From Robiginitomaculum sp. (GTDB taxonomy: Bacteria > Pseudomonadota > Alphaproteobacteria > Caulobacterales > Maricaulaceae), in NCBI GenBank assembly GCA_026982235.1, contig JALSHM010000397.1:1-49507 (forward strand): 49,507 nucleotides of DNA. The letters are read 5' to 3'. Shown piece by piece: positions 1 to 8,938 of this stretch. Both the position numbers and the translations under genes were made by a program. Every line of letters begins with the position of its first letter. The stretch's first letter is position 1. The notes under the pieces were generated by a model, which was given only the letters and a program-made list of their open reading frames with translations, was not told the DNA's origin and did no database searches.

Positions 1-1
1 A

Positions 2-553
2 ATTATGGCAGGGACATTGATACCTGCCAGTCTGGTTACAGGGCTTAATTCCGACCTGCCAGGACAAGTCATTGGGCAAGTCACCGAGAATGTCTATGAT
101 ACCGTCACGGGCGAATATTTACTGATCCCCCAAGGCGCACGTCTGCTTGGCCGATACGATAGCGTCATTGCTTTCGGTCAAAGCCGCGCCCTAGTCGCTT
201 GGACACGCATCATATTCCCCAACGGTAATTCCATACAGCTTGATAATCTGCCCGCCGTTGACGGCCAAGGCTTTGCCGGACTGAAAGACAAAGTAGATCG
301 TCACACATGGCAATTCATGAAAGGCGCGGTGTTGTCTTCGCTCTTGAGTGTTGGGTCGGAACTCGCTTCAGATGATGAAGGCCGTCTAGCCCGCGCCCTG
401 CAAAACGCAGGGCAGGATACGGCCAATATAGCAGGCCAGCGCATCATCGAGCGTAGCCTAAATATCCAGCCAACCCTAAGCGTCCGCCCCGGTTGGCGTT
501 TTTCAATCATCGTTTCCAAAGACCTCATCCTCAAACCATATGGAGAGAAATAG
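2..553 (+). CDS. trbI: TrbI/VirB10 conjugal transfer protein, C-terminal part (5' end lies outside the window)
   Basis: The reading frame is open from the window edge. The 182 aa differ at only about 7 positions from the C-terminus of the 424-aa TrbI at 8939-10213. A DUF2274 gene follows, as in Trb operons. Confidence 0.85.
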   Translation: MMAGTLIPASLVTGLNSDLPGQVIGQVTENVYDTVTGEYLLIPQGARLLGRYDSVIAFGQSRALVAWTRIIFPNGNSIQLDNLPAVDGQGFAGLKDKVDRHTWQFMKGAVLSSLLSVGSELASDDEGRLARALQNAGQDTANIAGQRIIERSLNIQPTLSVRPGWRFSIIVSKDLILKPYGEK

Positions 554-777
554 TGACCAAACCAAATCTCAAACTCGCTAAACTTACAGACACCAAACCC
601 TCAAAACTGTCGGTATCATTACCGCCTGATTTATTAAGTGATTTGGAAATATATGCCCAAATCTATGAGCAAACTTACGGTGAGAAACAGCCCGTAAATG
701 CGCTCATCCCGTCCATGCTCGCCGGCTTTCTAGCCAGTGACCACGGATTTAAGAAAGCCAAGCGTGAGCTGGCTTAA
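553..777 (+). CDS. DUF2274-family small protein (follows trbI)
   Basis: A GTG at 553 overlaps the trbI stop (TAGTG). The product (VTKPNLKLAKL...FKKAKRELA) is homologous to that of 8639-8863. The M at 493 in the ORF track lies inside trbI and is not used. Confidence 0.7.
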   Translation: MTKPNLKLAKLTDTKPSKLSVSLPPDLLSDLEIYAQIYEQTYGEKQPVNALIPSMLAGFLASDHGFKKAKRELA

Positions 778-812
778 AGCTGTTTCAAAACACGAACATA
801 CGGAGAATTACT

Positions 813-1127
813 ATGCCCACAATAGGAACATTCAAACCAACAAAAACAGGTTATGAAGGCACAATCGCCACACTTAGCATGACCCACAAAGTCAAATTCA
901 TCACCAACGACAATAAGAAGAACGAAGATAGCCCCGACTACTTCATAAAATCAGGCCGTAGCGACTTCGGTGTAGCCTGGAAAGAAACCAAAGACGGTGA
1001 CGAGCCGCTCGATTACGTCAAAGTCCTGCTAGATGGCCCCATGCTACCCAAACCAGTAAACGCCGCCCTATTCAATCACGACAACGGCGCAGACCTCGTA
1101 TGGTCACGGCCTAAAAAAGCACAATAG
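813..1127 (+). CDS. DUF736-family protein (ICE/plasmid backbone)
   Basis: 104 aa starting MPTIGTFKPTKTGYEGTIATL. It is about 93% identical by eye to the 8291-8602 product and more distantly related to the 29533-29868 product. Confidence 0.75.
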   Translation: MPTIGTFKPTKTGYEGTIATLSMTHKVKFITNDNKKNEDSPDYFIKSGRSDFGVAWKETKDGDEPLDYVKVLLDGPMLPKPVNAALFNHDNGADLVWSRPKKAQ

Positions 1128-1142
1128 GCGAAAACCCTACCT

Positions 1143-1172
1143 AATACAGCCCTTTGTGGGCTGTATTATTTT
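1143..1172 (+). terminator. Rho-independent terminator after the trb tail
   Basis: Perfect 10-bp stem AATACAGCCC/GGGCTGTATT with loop TTTGT, followed by ATTTT, 16 nt after the DUF736 stop. Confidence 0.7.
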
Positions 1173-1243
1173 GCATAATGTGCATGATATTTTAATAAAT
1201 ATTCTTGTATAATGGCGTTATTGAACCTATATACTTGATATGA

Positions 1244-1837
1244 ATGGAGAACCGCATGTCTGCGCTAAGTGAATTAAAGCAAAAGTTGAGGCCGGGCCGA
1301 GTGTATCGGCGGTCTGATCTTGCGCGTTGGTCAAAGGCCGTTGATCGACATGTTAGCCAGTTAGTGGAAGAAGGTGTTTTGGTTAAGGCTTCGGGCGGGC
1401 TTTATATGACACCGAGCAGAAGCCGGTTTGGCGATATGCCTGCCAATCCTGCAAAACTTGTTGCTAAGTTCCTAAATGATGATCGGTTTTTGATGGTCAA
1501 TCCTAATGCCTATAATAGCCTTGGGGTCGGCACGACGCAGCTTTATAATGAAGTGGTTGTCTATAATCGCAAACGTCATGAGCATTGTGAGCTTGGCGGA
1601 CTTAAATTTGATTTTCGTAGAAAAATGGACTTCCCCAAAACGGTAACGCCTGAATTTCTTTTGGTTGATTTGTTTAACAATGTAAAACATCTCGCGGAAA
1701 ACCATGAGGACGTATTGCGCCGTGCTAAAGCTCGTGCCGCAAATATGGACGCCAAAGCCCTTCACAAAGCAGCTAGCAAATACGGCAAGATAGGAACCAA
1801 GAAGATAGTTGAAAGTCTTTTGGCAGAGGCGGCCTAA
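1244..1837 (+). CDS. AbiEi/DUF6088-like antitoxin partner of AbiEii
   Basis: 197 aa. Its stop overlaps the start of the nucleotidyltransferase gene (TAATG). It has an N-terminal winged-helix-like segment (RSDLARWSKAVDRHVSQLVEEGVLVKASGGLY). An alternative start is at 1256. Confidence 0.6.
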   Translation: MENRMSALSELKQKLRPGRVYRRSDLARWSKAVDRHVSQLVEEGVLVKASGGLYMTPSRSRFGDMPANPAKLVAKFLNDDRFLMVNPNAYNSLGVGTTQLYNEVVVYNRKRHEHCELGGLKFDFRRKMDFPKTVTPEFLLVDLFNNVKHLAENHEDVLRRAKARAANMDAKALHKAASKYGKIGTKKIVESLLAEAA

Positions 1838-2775
1838 TGTACCTGCATGAATTGCCTGACTTTTCAGATTTGCTGTCGGTGGTTGGCGACAAGCACAAAA
1901 TTGCACCTTTTCTCATCGAAAAAGACTATTGGATTATGCACTGCCTTTACGGTCTGCAGAAAATGGGTATTGGTTTTGAATTAAAAGGCGGTACGTCACT
2001 GTCAAAAGGTTACGGGCTTATCCATAGGTTTTCCGAAGACATCGATATTCACATTCAAGAGCCAGACACGCTTCGGACAGGACGCAATCATAACAAGCCC
2101 AAAGACGTTGCCGCTCGAAAGGCGTTCTATGATGCACTTGCAAAGAAAATTGAAATTGCGGGCATAGTCAGTGTGGAGCGCGATAGCGCTTTTGATGATG
2201 AAAAATATATGCGTAGTGCGGGCATTCGGCTGCATTATGAAAAGCAAAGCCCGATTGAAATGGGTGTTAAGGACGGCATATTGCTCGAAGCTGGCTTTGA
2301 TCAAATTACGCCGAATAGGCCCGTTGATATTTCGTCATGGGCATATGATTTTTCCTGTACACAAAACCTAGAGGGAATTGAGGACAACCGCGCACTTGCT
2401 GTAAAGTGCTATGACCCTGGTTACACATTTGTAGAAAAGCTACAAACGGTTTCGACTAAGTTCAGGCAGCAACAAGACAGAGGCTCATTACCGCAAAATT
2501 TTATGCGCCACTATTATGATATTTATTGCTTACTCAAAGACCCATCCGTTCAGGATTTTATAGGAACCGCGCCTTACCTCAAACATAAGGAAAAGAAGTT
2601 TAGAGCGGCGGAAGAATATGACCTCACCTCTAACGAGGCCTTTGTTCTAAGTGATGCCAGCACCTTCGCGCTCTATGAAAAAGCATATAACGATACGGCG
2701 GCGCTCTACTATAAAGACCAGCCTGCCTTCGTTGATATTATTTCGTCTATCCAAAAGGCCGCGCCTAGATTATAA
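1837..2775 (+). CDS. AbiEii/AbiGii-family nucleotidyltransferase toxin (type IV TA)
   Basis: 312 aa with the KGGTSLSKGYGLIHRFSEDIDIHI motif characteristic of DUF1814/AbiEii nucleotidyltransferases. It is translationally coupled to the upstream gene. Confidence 0.8.
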   Translation: MYLHELPDFSDLLSVVGDKHKIAPFLIEKDYWIMHCLYGLQKMGIGFELKGGTSLSKGYGLIHRFSEDIDIHIQEPDTLRTGRNHNKPKDVAARKAFYDALAKKIEIAGIVSVERDSAFDDEKYMRSAGIRLHYEKQSPIEMGVKDGILLEAGFDQITPNRPVDISSWAYDFSCTQNLEGIEDNRALAVKCYDPGYTFVEKLQTVSTKFRQQQDRGSLPQNFMRHYYDIYCLLKDPSVQDFIGTAPYLKHKEKKFRAAEEYDLTSNEAFVLSDASTFALYEKAYNDTAALYYKDQPAFVDIISSIQKAAPRL

Positions 2776-2804
2776 TCTGTGAGGGTTTAACGAAAGGGCT
2801 TTTT

Positions 2805-3428
2805 ATGAAATCTCCAGAGTCGATCAAAAGCCTTGAAACACTGGGACGAGTGCAACTCTCCAAATCGTTTTTTATGCGTGATATGTTGTATTCGGAAATA
2901 TCCAATTTTTACAAAATTCAAAACATCCCCGAATTTCCAGATATTGCCATAGAGGCAGGCCGTCAGTTTTGTGAAAACCTGCTAGAGCCTTTGCAAGAAA
3001 AATTTGGGCGCATATCTATCCGTTCCGTCTATAGAAGTCCGATGCTCAATAAGTTTGGCAATGAAAAGAAACTGGGCTGCGCTCGCAATGAATCTAATTA
3101 CGCTAAACATATCTGGGATTACCGCGATAAAGATGGATGTTTAGGCGCGCTTGCAACAATCGTTGTGAACCGTTTTATTCCTTATTATGAACAAACGAAG
3201 GATTGGCAATCAATGGCGTGGTATATCCACGACCATCTCCCATACTCCACATTGTTCTTCTACCCAAAGCTTGGCGCCTTCAATATAGGTTGGCATGAGC
3301 AACCAAAACGGCGCATAGACAGCTTTATTCACCCAAAAGGCACACTGACAAAAGTGGGTATGGATAATCATGATGGCGACCACTCTGACCTTTATAAAGA
3401 TATGCTTGAAGCCTTGGCTGATAACTAG
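2805..3428 (+). CDS. Hypothetical protein, possible M15-like zinc peptidase fold
   Basis: 207-aa clean ORF. The segments IRSVYRSPMLN and AKHIWDYRD resemble the SGYRSxxxN and HxxxxxxD signatures of peptidase M15A. The resemblance is weak and judged by eye only. Confidence 0.4.
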   Translation: MKSPESIKSLETLGRVQLSKSFFMRDMLYSEISNFYKIQNIPEFPDIAIEAGRQFCENLLEPLQEKFGRISIRSVYRSPMLNKFGNEKKLGCARNESNYAKHIWDYRDKDGCLGALATIVVNRFIPYYEQTKDWQSMAWYIHDHLPYSTLFFYPKLGAFNIGWHEQPKRRIDSFIHPKGTLTKVGMDNHDGDHSDLYKDMLEALADN

Positions 3429-3550
3429 TCGTAAACTGACGCAAAGATTATTGCCAAGTTAGTCCCCGTCATTAGGTTCTCATGTTGTACCGACATTAGG
3501 TTATTGTGTTGTTTGTGGAAATTTCGATCAAGCTGTTCGATGAAGAAGCT

Positions 3551-4267
3551 TTATTTATTATGAACATAATGGTCAGTGTCCAAGCGGAGCGCCACTTTCC
3601 AGAGAGGCGTTTTTACATATAGCCTGTCAGCGAAATAATTGTTGGCCACTTTAATTTCTTCTAAAAAACCCACCCAACATAATGGCTGGAGTACACCAGA
3701 GAAAAAACTGGCACTCTCGGGGTTGGCGAAAAGCCCTTTTTCTTTTTGCTTAACGCCATAAATTTTCTCAACCAACTCAACCCCCGTAATAGCGGTTTGC
3801 GCTTCAACATTGATGACGTTCAGGAATATATCCCAATTTCCCATGGGCGCTGTTGGCCGTCGGCTATAGGCCCAGTGGTCAAACTCAAAGAGAAAAAACG
3901 GAGCCATGATTCCAAATAGCTGAGCAGGGTTTCCGACGAGTTCTTTTCCGCTGCGCGTAAGTTTGAACTCTCCTTTATAGTGTCGCCCAATCTTAAGAGC
4001 TAATAAGGCTTCGCGTATGAAGCCAAGAGGTGGCAGATCCATTTCATTGAGAACTTTGTTAACCGCATACAGATCCTCAGAAGTATAACCGGGCCAATCA
4101 AATGCTCGTGCGGCCCAATCTACAAATGTCCGCTTGAAACCTTTACTAGCCGTCAGGCCAATGCCGCCATGCTCGGCGCAATAGTCCAGGGTCAGTGCAG
4201 TTGACTTGACAAACAGCGAGTGCCGTAAGACCAGCTCTGCATTATCTATACTCTTAAATTCAATCAT
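3551..4267 (-). CDS. Hypothetical protein
   Basis: 238-aa ORF with no competing long ORF. I recognise no motif. Confidence 0.5.
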   Translation of the reverse strand: MIEFKSIDNAELVLRHSLFVKSTALTLDYCAEHGGIGLTASKGFKRTFVDWAARAFDWPGYTSEDLYAVNKVLNEMDLPPLGFIREALLALKIGRHYKGEFKLTRSGKELVGNPAQLFGIMAPFFLFEFDHWAYSRRPTAPMGNWDIFLNVINVEAQTAITGVELVEKIYGVKQKEKGLFANPESASFFSGVLQPLCWVGFLEEIKVANNYFADRLYVKTPLWKVALRLDTDHYVHNK

Positions 4268-4586
4268 GATGCCTTCTATTGTTTTCCTATACGAACTTTA
4301 CAGAGTAACGCGAAAAATGCCATTTGTTTAGCATGGATATGGCGAGACCAAAATATGTGGCGGAAGGCCCAACGGTTAAGATGTGTTGGTTTACTTCAGG
4401 TTACTCCAAAATAAGTGTGAATTTGGGATATCCGAACGGATAAGCTCCAAATAATATTACCCGCAAAGTCACCCGAAACACCCTGTTTTTCACTGCAATT
4501 TGCTACCCATGTGCTACCCAGAGCATTTTTTGGAAAACGTCAATTTTGGTGAAAATAGATAATTCATTGATATAACTAGAGAAATT

Positions 4587-4631
4587 TGGCGCACCCGACA
4601 GGATTTGAACCTGTGACCTCTGCCTTCGGAG
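4587..4631 (-). other. 3' fragment of tRNA-Arg(CCG): anticodon loop through CCA; probable att core of the integrase-bearing element
   Basis: The minus strand reads CTCCGAA-GGCAG-AGGTC-ACAGGTTCAAATCCTGT-CGGGTGC-G-CCA. That is the anticodon loop (CCG), 3' anticodon stem, variable loop, T-arm, 3' acceptor strand and CCA. Upstream sequence cannot form the 5' anticodon stem, D-arm or acceptor strand GCACCCG, so it is not a complete gene. Confidence 0.8.
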
Positions 4632-4820
4632 TTGCGTGTCGTTGATTTTTCTGGAGTTAGCTGAAGTACGATAATGGTATATTTACTTATATATATCAAT
4701 GACTTATGACACATGTAATTTTAAACTTATATTTTTTACTTTCCCCAAATAGGCTCGAATGTTATGCTTTTTGGTGCCCCCATGGTGCCCGATTTGACCC
4801 CTGCCTATAAAGATTGAAAA

Positions 4821-6068
4821 ATGCCAAGACGTTCAAAACAAAATTTAACCAAGAGATTTCTCGATAGTATCACGCCTTTAGAAGGCAAAGAATTCATTGT
4901 CTGGGACGCTAGCCTTACAGGATTCGGCGTTAGAGTGAAACCCTCTGGCCGTAAATCTTTTCTCTATAAATATAGAACGCCGGACGGCAGGCAAAGAAAA
5001 GTTACCTTGGGCGCATTTGGCCAAATAACGGTTGAACAAGCAAGGCGTCTTGCTACGGCTGGCCTCGGGAAAGTTGCGAGCGGCCTTGACCCTTCTCAAG
5101 AACGGCACGACATCAAGAAGGCCCAAACTGTTGGTGATTTATGTGATCAATATTACGCAGATGCGGAGGCAGGTAAAATCCTGTATCGTGGCAAACCTAA
5201 AAAGGCTTCAACGCTCGCAATCGATAAAGGACGAATAGAGCGCCACATAAAACCAATGATAGGCCGCAAGCAAATCGCGGCCTTAACCCGGCAAGACGTG
5301 ACAAAATTCATGTACGATATTCGTGATGGTAAAACCGCAATAACGGTTAAGACTGGGCCGCGAGGTTTAGCGCGTGTGCGGGGCGGTATGGGCACTGCCA
5401 AAAAGGCCGTGTCGGTTTTATCTGCAATATATAATTACGCCATTCGTTCTGGCATGGTCGAGCATAATCCTTGCCAATATGTCGAGCGGCCTGCCGACAA
5501 CAAGCGTACACGGTTTTTAAACCCCGATGAATATGCCCGCCTTGGCACGGCTTTGAATGATCAAGCTATCAGCTCACAATATGCATCCGCTAGCCTCGCA
5601 ATAACAATACTCGCGCTTACTGGGTGCCGCCGCAATGAAATTTTGTCACTGGTTCGAGATGAAGTAGACGTAACTGGTCGGTGCCTGCGTTTAGGTGATA
5701 CTAAAACGGGTGCGCAGATAAGGCCGTGCGGCAAGCCTGCCCTTGAACTCCTAACTCAGCAACTTGCCTCACACACAAGCCAATTTGTTTTCCCCTCTAC
5801 AAAAAATAACGGCCCCATTATCAACATCCGCACGCCTATGGGCAAAGTCTGCAAAATGGCAAAGCTGGAAAATGTTACCCCGCACACCCTGCGCCATAGC
5901 TATGCAACGGTTGCGCATGAACTTGGTTATAGTGAACTGACAATAGCAGGGCTTCTTGGGCATAGCGCAGCAAGCGTAACTAGCCGCTATGCTCACCATG
6001 TAGATCATGTGCTAGCAGATGCGGCAGATAAAGTGTCGAGTTTGATTTATCAACGATTACAAGAGTGA
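4821..6068 (+). CDS. int: Tyrosine site-specific integrase (P4-type, DUF4102 arm-binding N-terminus)
   Basis: 415 aa. The N-terminus has FIVWDASLTGFGVRVKPSGRKSFLYKYR. The C-terminus has the HTLRHSYAT...LLGHS...YAH catalytic R-H-R-Y signature. It sits next to the tRNA fragment. Confidence 0.92.
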   Translation: MPRRSKQNLTKRFLDSITPLEGKEFIVWDASLTGFGVRVKPSGRKSFLYKYRTPDGRQRKVTLGAFGQITVEQARRLATAGLGKVASGLDPSQERHDIKKAQTVGDLCDQYYADAEAGKILYRGKPKKASTLAIDKGRIERHIKPMIGRKQIAALTRQDVTKFMYDIRDGKTAITVKTGPRGLARVRGGMGTAKKAVSVLSAIYNYAIRSGMVEHNPCQYVERPADNKRTRFLNPDEYARLGTALNDQAISSQYASASLAITILALTGCRRNEILSLVRDEVDVTGRCLRLGDTKTGAQIRPCGKPALELLTQQLASHTSQFVFPSTKNNGPIINIRTPMGKVCKMAKLENVTPHTLRHSYATVAHELGYSELTIAGLLGHSAASVTSRYAHHVDHVLADAADKVSSLIYQRLQE

Positions 6069-6133
6069 GGTTAATGGCACACGATTTTAAGGCCATAACC
6101 AAACGTACCCTTGATATACCCAACGATAATTGA

Positions 6134-6430
6134 TTAGCCTCTTGTCGTGAATTCCTTGGCCGCAATAATGTTGTGAATATATACAAACTTGTCATCGTAT
6201 GAATACATCACCCAATGTGTCCGCATAATGAGCAAGCCGCATAATAATTCACCATCAATTTTGAATGGTTTCCCTATGCCAGGAAATTCTTTCAGGAATT
6301 CTTCAATTACATTTCTAATAGACTCATCGATGCGTTTTGCAACGTCTGGCACGCCACGTTCATAGGCATAGTGCTCATAGATGCGTAGAAAATCAGCGTC
6401 TGCTGTTGGTAGCGTGATAATTGTTCGCAT
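6134..6430 (-). CDS. ParE/RelE-family type II toxin
   Basis: 98 aa, sitting 5 nt downstream of a small partner ORF. The pattern (ADADFLRIYEHY...FPGIGKP...VMYSYDDKFVYIHNI) is typical of ParE-like toxins. Confidence 0.6.
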   Translation of the reverse strand: MRTIITLPTADADFLRIYEHYAYERGVPDVAKRIDESIRNVIEEFLKEFPGIGKPFKIDGELLCGLLIMRTHWVMYSYDDKFVYIHNIIAAKEFTTRG

Positions 6431-6435
6431 AAGAA

Positions 6436-6702
6436 TTATGCGGTCTGATACTTAGCGTCCACTTTGGCTTTTAACTTATCAAAGTGATTCTCAATTTCTT
6501 TACGAGAAGAAAGCTTTGTGCCTAAACCTTGTTTTTTCTGCTCAATGGACGGTGCCATTAAAGTCTCAAGCTCCTCTTGTGTGTACCCAGGAATAGGATT
6601 GCTTTCATCGTCAATAACAACGGTTACAAAAGCATCACGAGGAATGTCCCCGCGTAATTCGGCGGGCAATTTGGAAGCTGGAAATTTATAAACAGTATTC
6701 AT
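6436..6702 (-). CDS. Putative antitoxin of the ParE-like toxin
   Basis: 88 aa from the ATG at 6702 (MNTVYKF...). The longer track ORF start at 6753 runs to the IS end. The assignment is by position only. Confidence 0.45.
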   Translation of the reverse strand: MNTVYKFPASKLPAELRGDIPRDAFVTVVIDDESNPIPGYTQEELETLMAPSIEQKKQGLGTKLSSRKEIENHFDKLKAKVDAKYQTA

Positions 6703-6752
6703 GTGTTTGAGTATAGCAGAAAAAGGGTAAATAAAAAGTCCTAAATTCCGCA

Positions 6753-7887
6753 TGTATAGGTTCAGGTGTTTTGAGACTCATCCGCCGTTTGGGTGTTTTG
6801 AATGTAGGCCATTGGTGTTAAGCCTGCAAGGGCATGATGTGGTCTGTATGTGTTGTACTTTTCTACGGCTTTTTTCAGTTCAAACCGCATGGCTCCGATG
6901 CTGTCTGCCAAGAGGTCTCTTCGGTAATAGAACTCTTCCTTAAAGGTTCGGTTTCCGCGCTCAACGCCGCCATTATATTTGGGTCTGCTGGGCGGCAGGA
7001 CATCAAGCGGGATTTTCATATCTTCACAGGCTTGCTCAAATTCGGCCATAAATTCTGAACCGCCATCGACCTGTATGGATTTGATTTTGAACGGGGCTTT
7101 GTCGATAAATTCGGCCAAGAACCGCTTAGCGGACGAGGCTTTGGCGTGTGAATAAACCTGTGCGTGAATGAATTTGGATTTTCTTTCCCAGGCCTGGAAG
7201 TGTTTGACGGTGATGCCGTTCTTTGTCACTGTCATGTGGTCAATCTGCACGCGTTCGCCCATTTTCATGTGCTTATGTGCCTTGTAAACCCAGCGTTTGG
7301 CGTGGGATTTTCTGAAGTTTCTCTTTCTTTTAGCGCGTGGGGCAGAGCGTGATTTGGTGATAATACCTTTGGCAAACAGTGTTTTGAGTATGCGCCCTAC
7401 TGTGCTGGTGCTCATAGTCTGGCCGTGGTCACGGCGCAAGACGGTGGCTATCTTGTCTTTACCCCACGTCTGGTTGGCTCTGCGAATGCGCAAGACCAGC
7501 TGTTTCTCTGCTTCGCCCCATTTAGGCTTATTGAGCCTACGGGGCCGTTTGGACGGCGGTGTAATCCCGCGTGCAAGCTTGTCCAGGACTTTCTTATACC
7601 GATAATACGTCGCCCGCGATATGCCCACGAACTCGGCACATTTACGGTCGCAAACACCCTCGGCTTTCAAGGCTTGCCACTGGCGCACAACGTCTTCGTG
7701 CTTGCGCCTGTAGGCGTCCAAACATTCTTGTGTACGCGCCCACGCGTACAGTCTATAGATGTTTGGGTGTAGATATTTGATCTGCATAGCTGCTTCCTCC
7801 AATTTGGTCTCAACACAAACCCATTATGGCGGAAGCAGCTTAAATAAGCCAAACCTAAAAAGTCTCACATCTATCTGGACTTATACA
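6753..7887 (-). mobile_element. IS481-family-like insertion sequence (~1135 bp)
   Basis: A single DDE transposase ORF is bounded by imperfect inverted repeats TGTATAGGTTCAGG...TGAGACT (6753-6779) and AGTCTCA...CTGGACTTATACA (7861-7887). CGCA flanks both ends (6749-6752 and 7888-7891). Confidence 0.75.
6762..7802 (-). CDS. DDE (rve-type) transposase, IS481-like
   Basis: 346 aa with an N-terminal HTH (FVGISRATYYRYKK) and an integrase core (VQIDHM...QVDGGSEF...NGGVERGNRT...YNTYRPHHAL). It is a single ORF with no frameshift. Confidence 0.88.
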   Translation of the reverse strand: MEEAAMQIKYLHPNIYRLYAWARTQECLDAYRRKHEDVVRQWQALKAEGVCDRKCAEFVGISRATYYRYKKVLDKLARGITPPSKRPRRLNKPKWGEAEKQLVLRIRRANQTWGKDKIATVLRRDHGQTMSTSTVGRILKTLFAKGIITKSRSAPRAKRKRNFRKSHAKRWVYKAHKHMKMGERVQIDHMTVTKNGITVKHFQAWERKSKFIHAQVYSHAKASSAKRFLAEFIDKAPFKIKSIQVDGGSEFMAEFEQACEDMKIPLDVLPPSRPKYNGGVERGNRTFKEEFYYRRDLLADSIGAMRFELKKAVEKYNTYRPHHALAGLTPMAYIQNTQTADESQNT

Positions 7888-8004
7888 CGCAGGCTTAATT
7901 GTTTTACAGTTTTGCGGTTGCCAGGTTTTGAGTTTACCGTCGGTTGGGTTGCCATATTTTTTATCCTTCAAGTATCAAGTGTATGCACCATTTACCGATT
8001 TGCC

Positions 8005-8220
8005 TTAATAGCTAGATGTCGAAGTCGCCGCTCCATTTGACATAAATGTTTCTAGATCTTCTGGCCTATATCTCACTGCTCGTCCCATCTTGATAAACAC
8101 GGGGCCACCGCCGTGGCAACGCCATTTATTAAGGGTCGAGCGAGCGAGTCCAAGATACACTGCAGCTTGCTCCACTGTAAGCAACATTACGCTGGGCTTT
8201 ATTCGGCTCATGGTTTCCAT
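8005..8220 (-). CDS. Excisionase/AlpA-like HTH DNA-binding protein
   Basis: 71 aa with LLTVEQAAVYLGLARSTLNKWRCHGGGP, an HTH_17/MerR-like excisionase motif. It lies between the trb tail and the integrase. Confidence 0.7.
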   Translation of the reverse strand: METMSRIKPSVMLLTVEQAAVYLGLARSTLNKWRCHGGGPVFIKMGRAVRYRPEDLETFMSNGAATSTSSY

Positions 8221-8290
8221 TTTAATCTCCTTAGTATCATAAATTAGATAGCCATCGGCATGGCGTCAGCCATGCCAATGTTACTGATTG

Positions 8291-8602
8291 CTATTTTGAC
8301 TTAGGCCGTGACCAAACGAGGTCAGCGCCATCGTCATGATCGAATAATGCGGCGTTCACAGGCTTGGCCAGCATAGGCCCGTCTAGCAGCACTTTGACGT
8401 AATCAAGCGGCTCGTCACCATTTTTGGTTTCTTTCCAGGCTACGCCAAAATCGCTACGGCCTGATTTGATGAAATAGTCGGGGCTATCTTCGTTTTTCTT
8501 ATTGTCGTTGACGATAAACTTGACTTTGTGGGTCATGCTAAGTGTGGCGATTGTGCCTTCATAGCCTGTCTTTGTTTGTTTAAATGTACCGATTGTGGAC
8601 AT
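8291..8602 (-). CDS. DUF736-family protein
   Basis: 103 aa, paralogous to the 813-1127 product. Confidence 0.75.
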   Translation of the reverse strand: MSTIGTFKQTKTGYEGTIATLSMTHKVKFIVNDNKKNEDSPDYFIKSGRSDFGVAWKETKNGDEPLDYVKVLLDGPMLAKPVNAALFDHDDGADLVWSRPKSK

Positions 8603-8638
8603 AATTTTCTCCGTGCGTTTGGTTTTGATGAAACAGTA

Positions 8639-8863
8639 TTAAGCCAGCTCACGTTTGGCTTTCTTAAATCCATGATCGCTAGCCAGAAAGCCAGCTATCA
8701 TGGACGGGATAAGCGCGCCAACGGGCTGTTTCTCGCCGTAAGTTTGCTCATAGATTTGTGCATAGATTTCCAGATCGCCCATAAGGTCGGGCGGCAGCGC
8801 CACCGTTATTTTCGCTGGTTTCATGTCTGGTAGTTTAGCGAGTTTTAGTTTTGGTTTGGACAT
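8639..8863 (-). CDS. DUF2274-family small protein
   Basis: 74 aa, located just downstream of trbI. Homologous to the 553-777 product. Confidence 0.75.
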   Translation of the reverse strand: MSKPKLKLAKLPDMKPAKITVALPPDLMGDLEIYAQIYEQTYGEKQPVGALIPSMIAGFLASDHGFKKAKRELA

Positions 8864-8938
8864 AGTTTTCTCCTTGTTTCGCCCCTACCGGAGCCTTTTC
8901 CGATTATTTTATGTCCACCGGACATAAAATTTGACACG

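Noticed and set aside
4514-4714. 66-aa minus-strand ORF, and the possibility of a complete tRNA gene (or an intron-containing tRNA) at this spot
   Set aside because: The ORF simply reads through the tRNA-like sequence. Beyond the anticodon loop, the upstream bases (TTGCG... on the plus strand) cannot pair to form the anticodon stem. No D-arm or 5' acceptor strand GCACCCG exists within 80 nt. The anticodon loop itself is intact, so an intron explanation does not fit.
8257-8276. Hairpin GGCATGGC-gtca-GCCATGCC between DUF736 and the xis-like gene, as a terminator
   Set aside because: There is no convincing T-tract on the transcribed (minus) strand. It may be a weak attenuator or a protein-binding palindrome, and was not strong enough to annotate.
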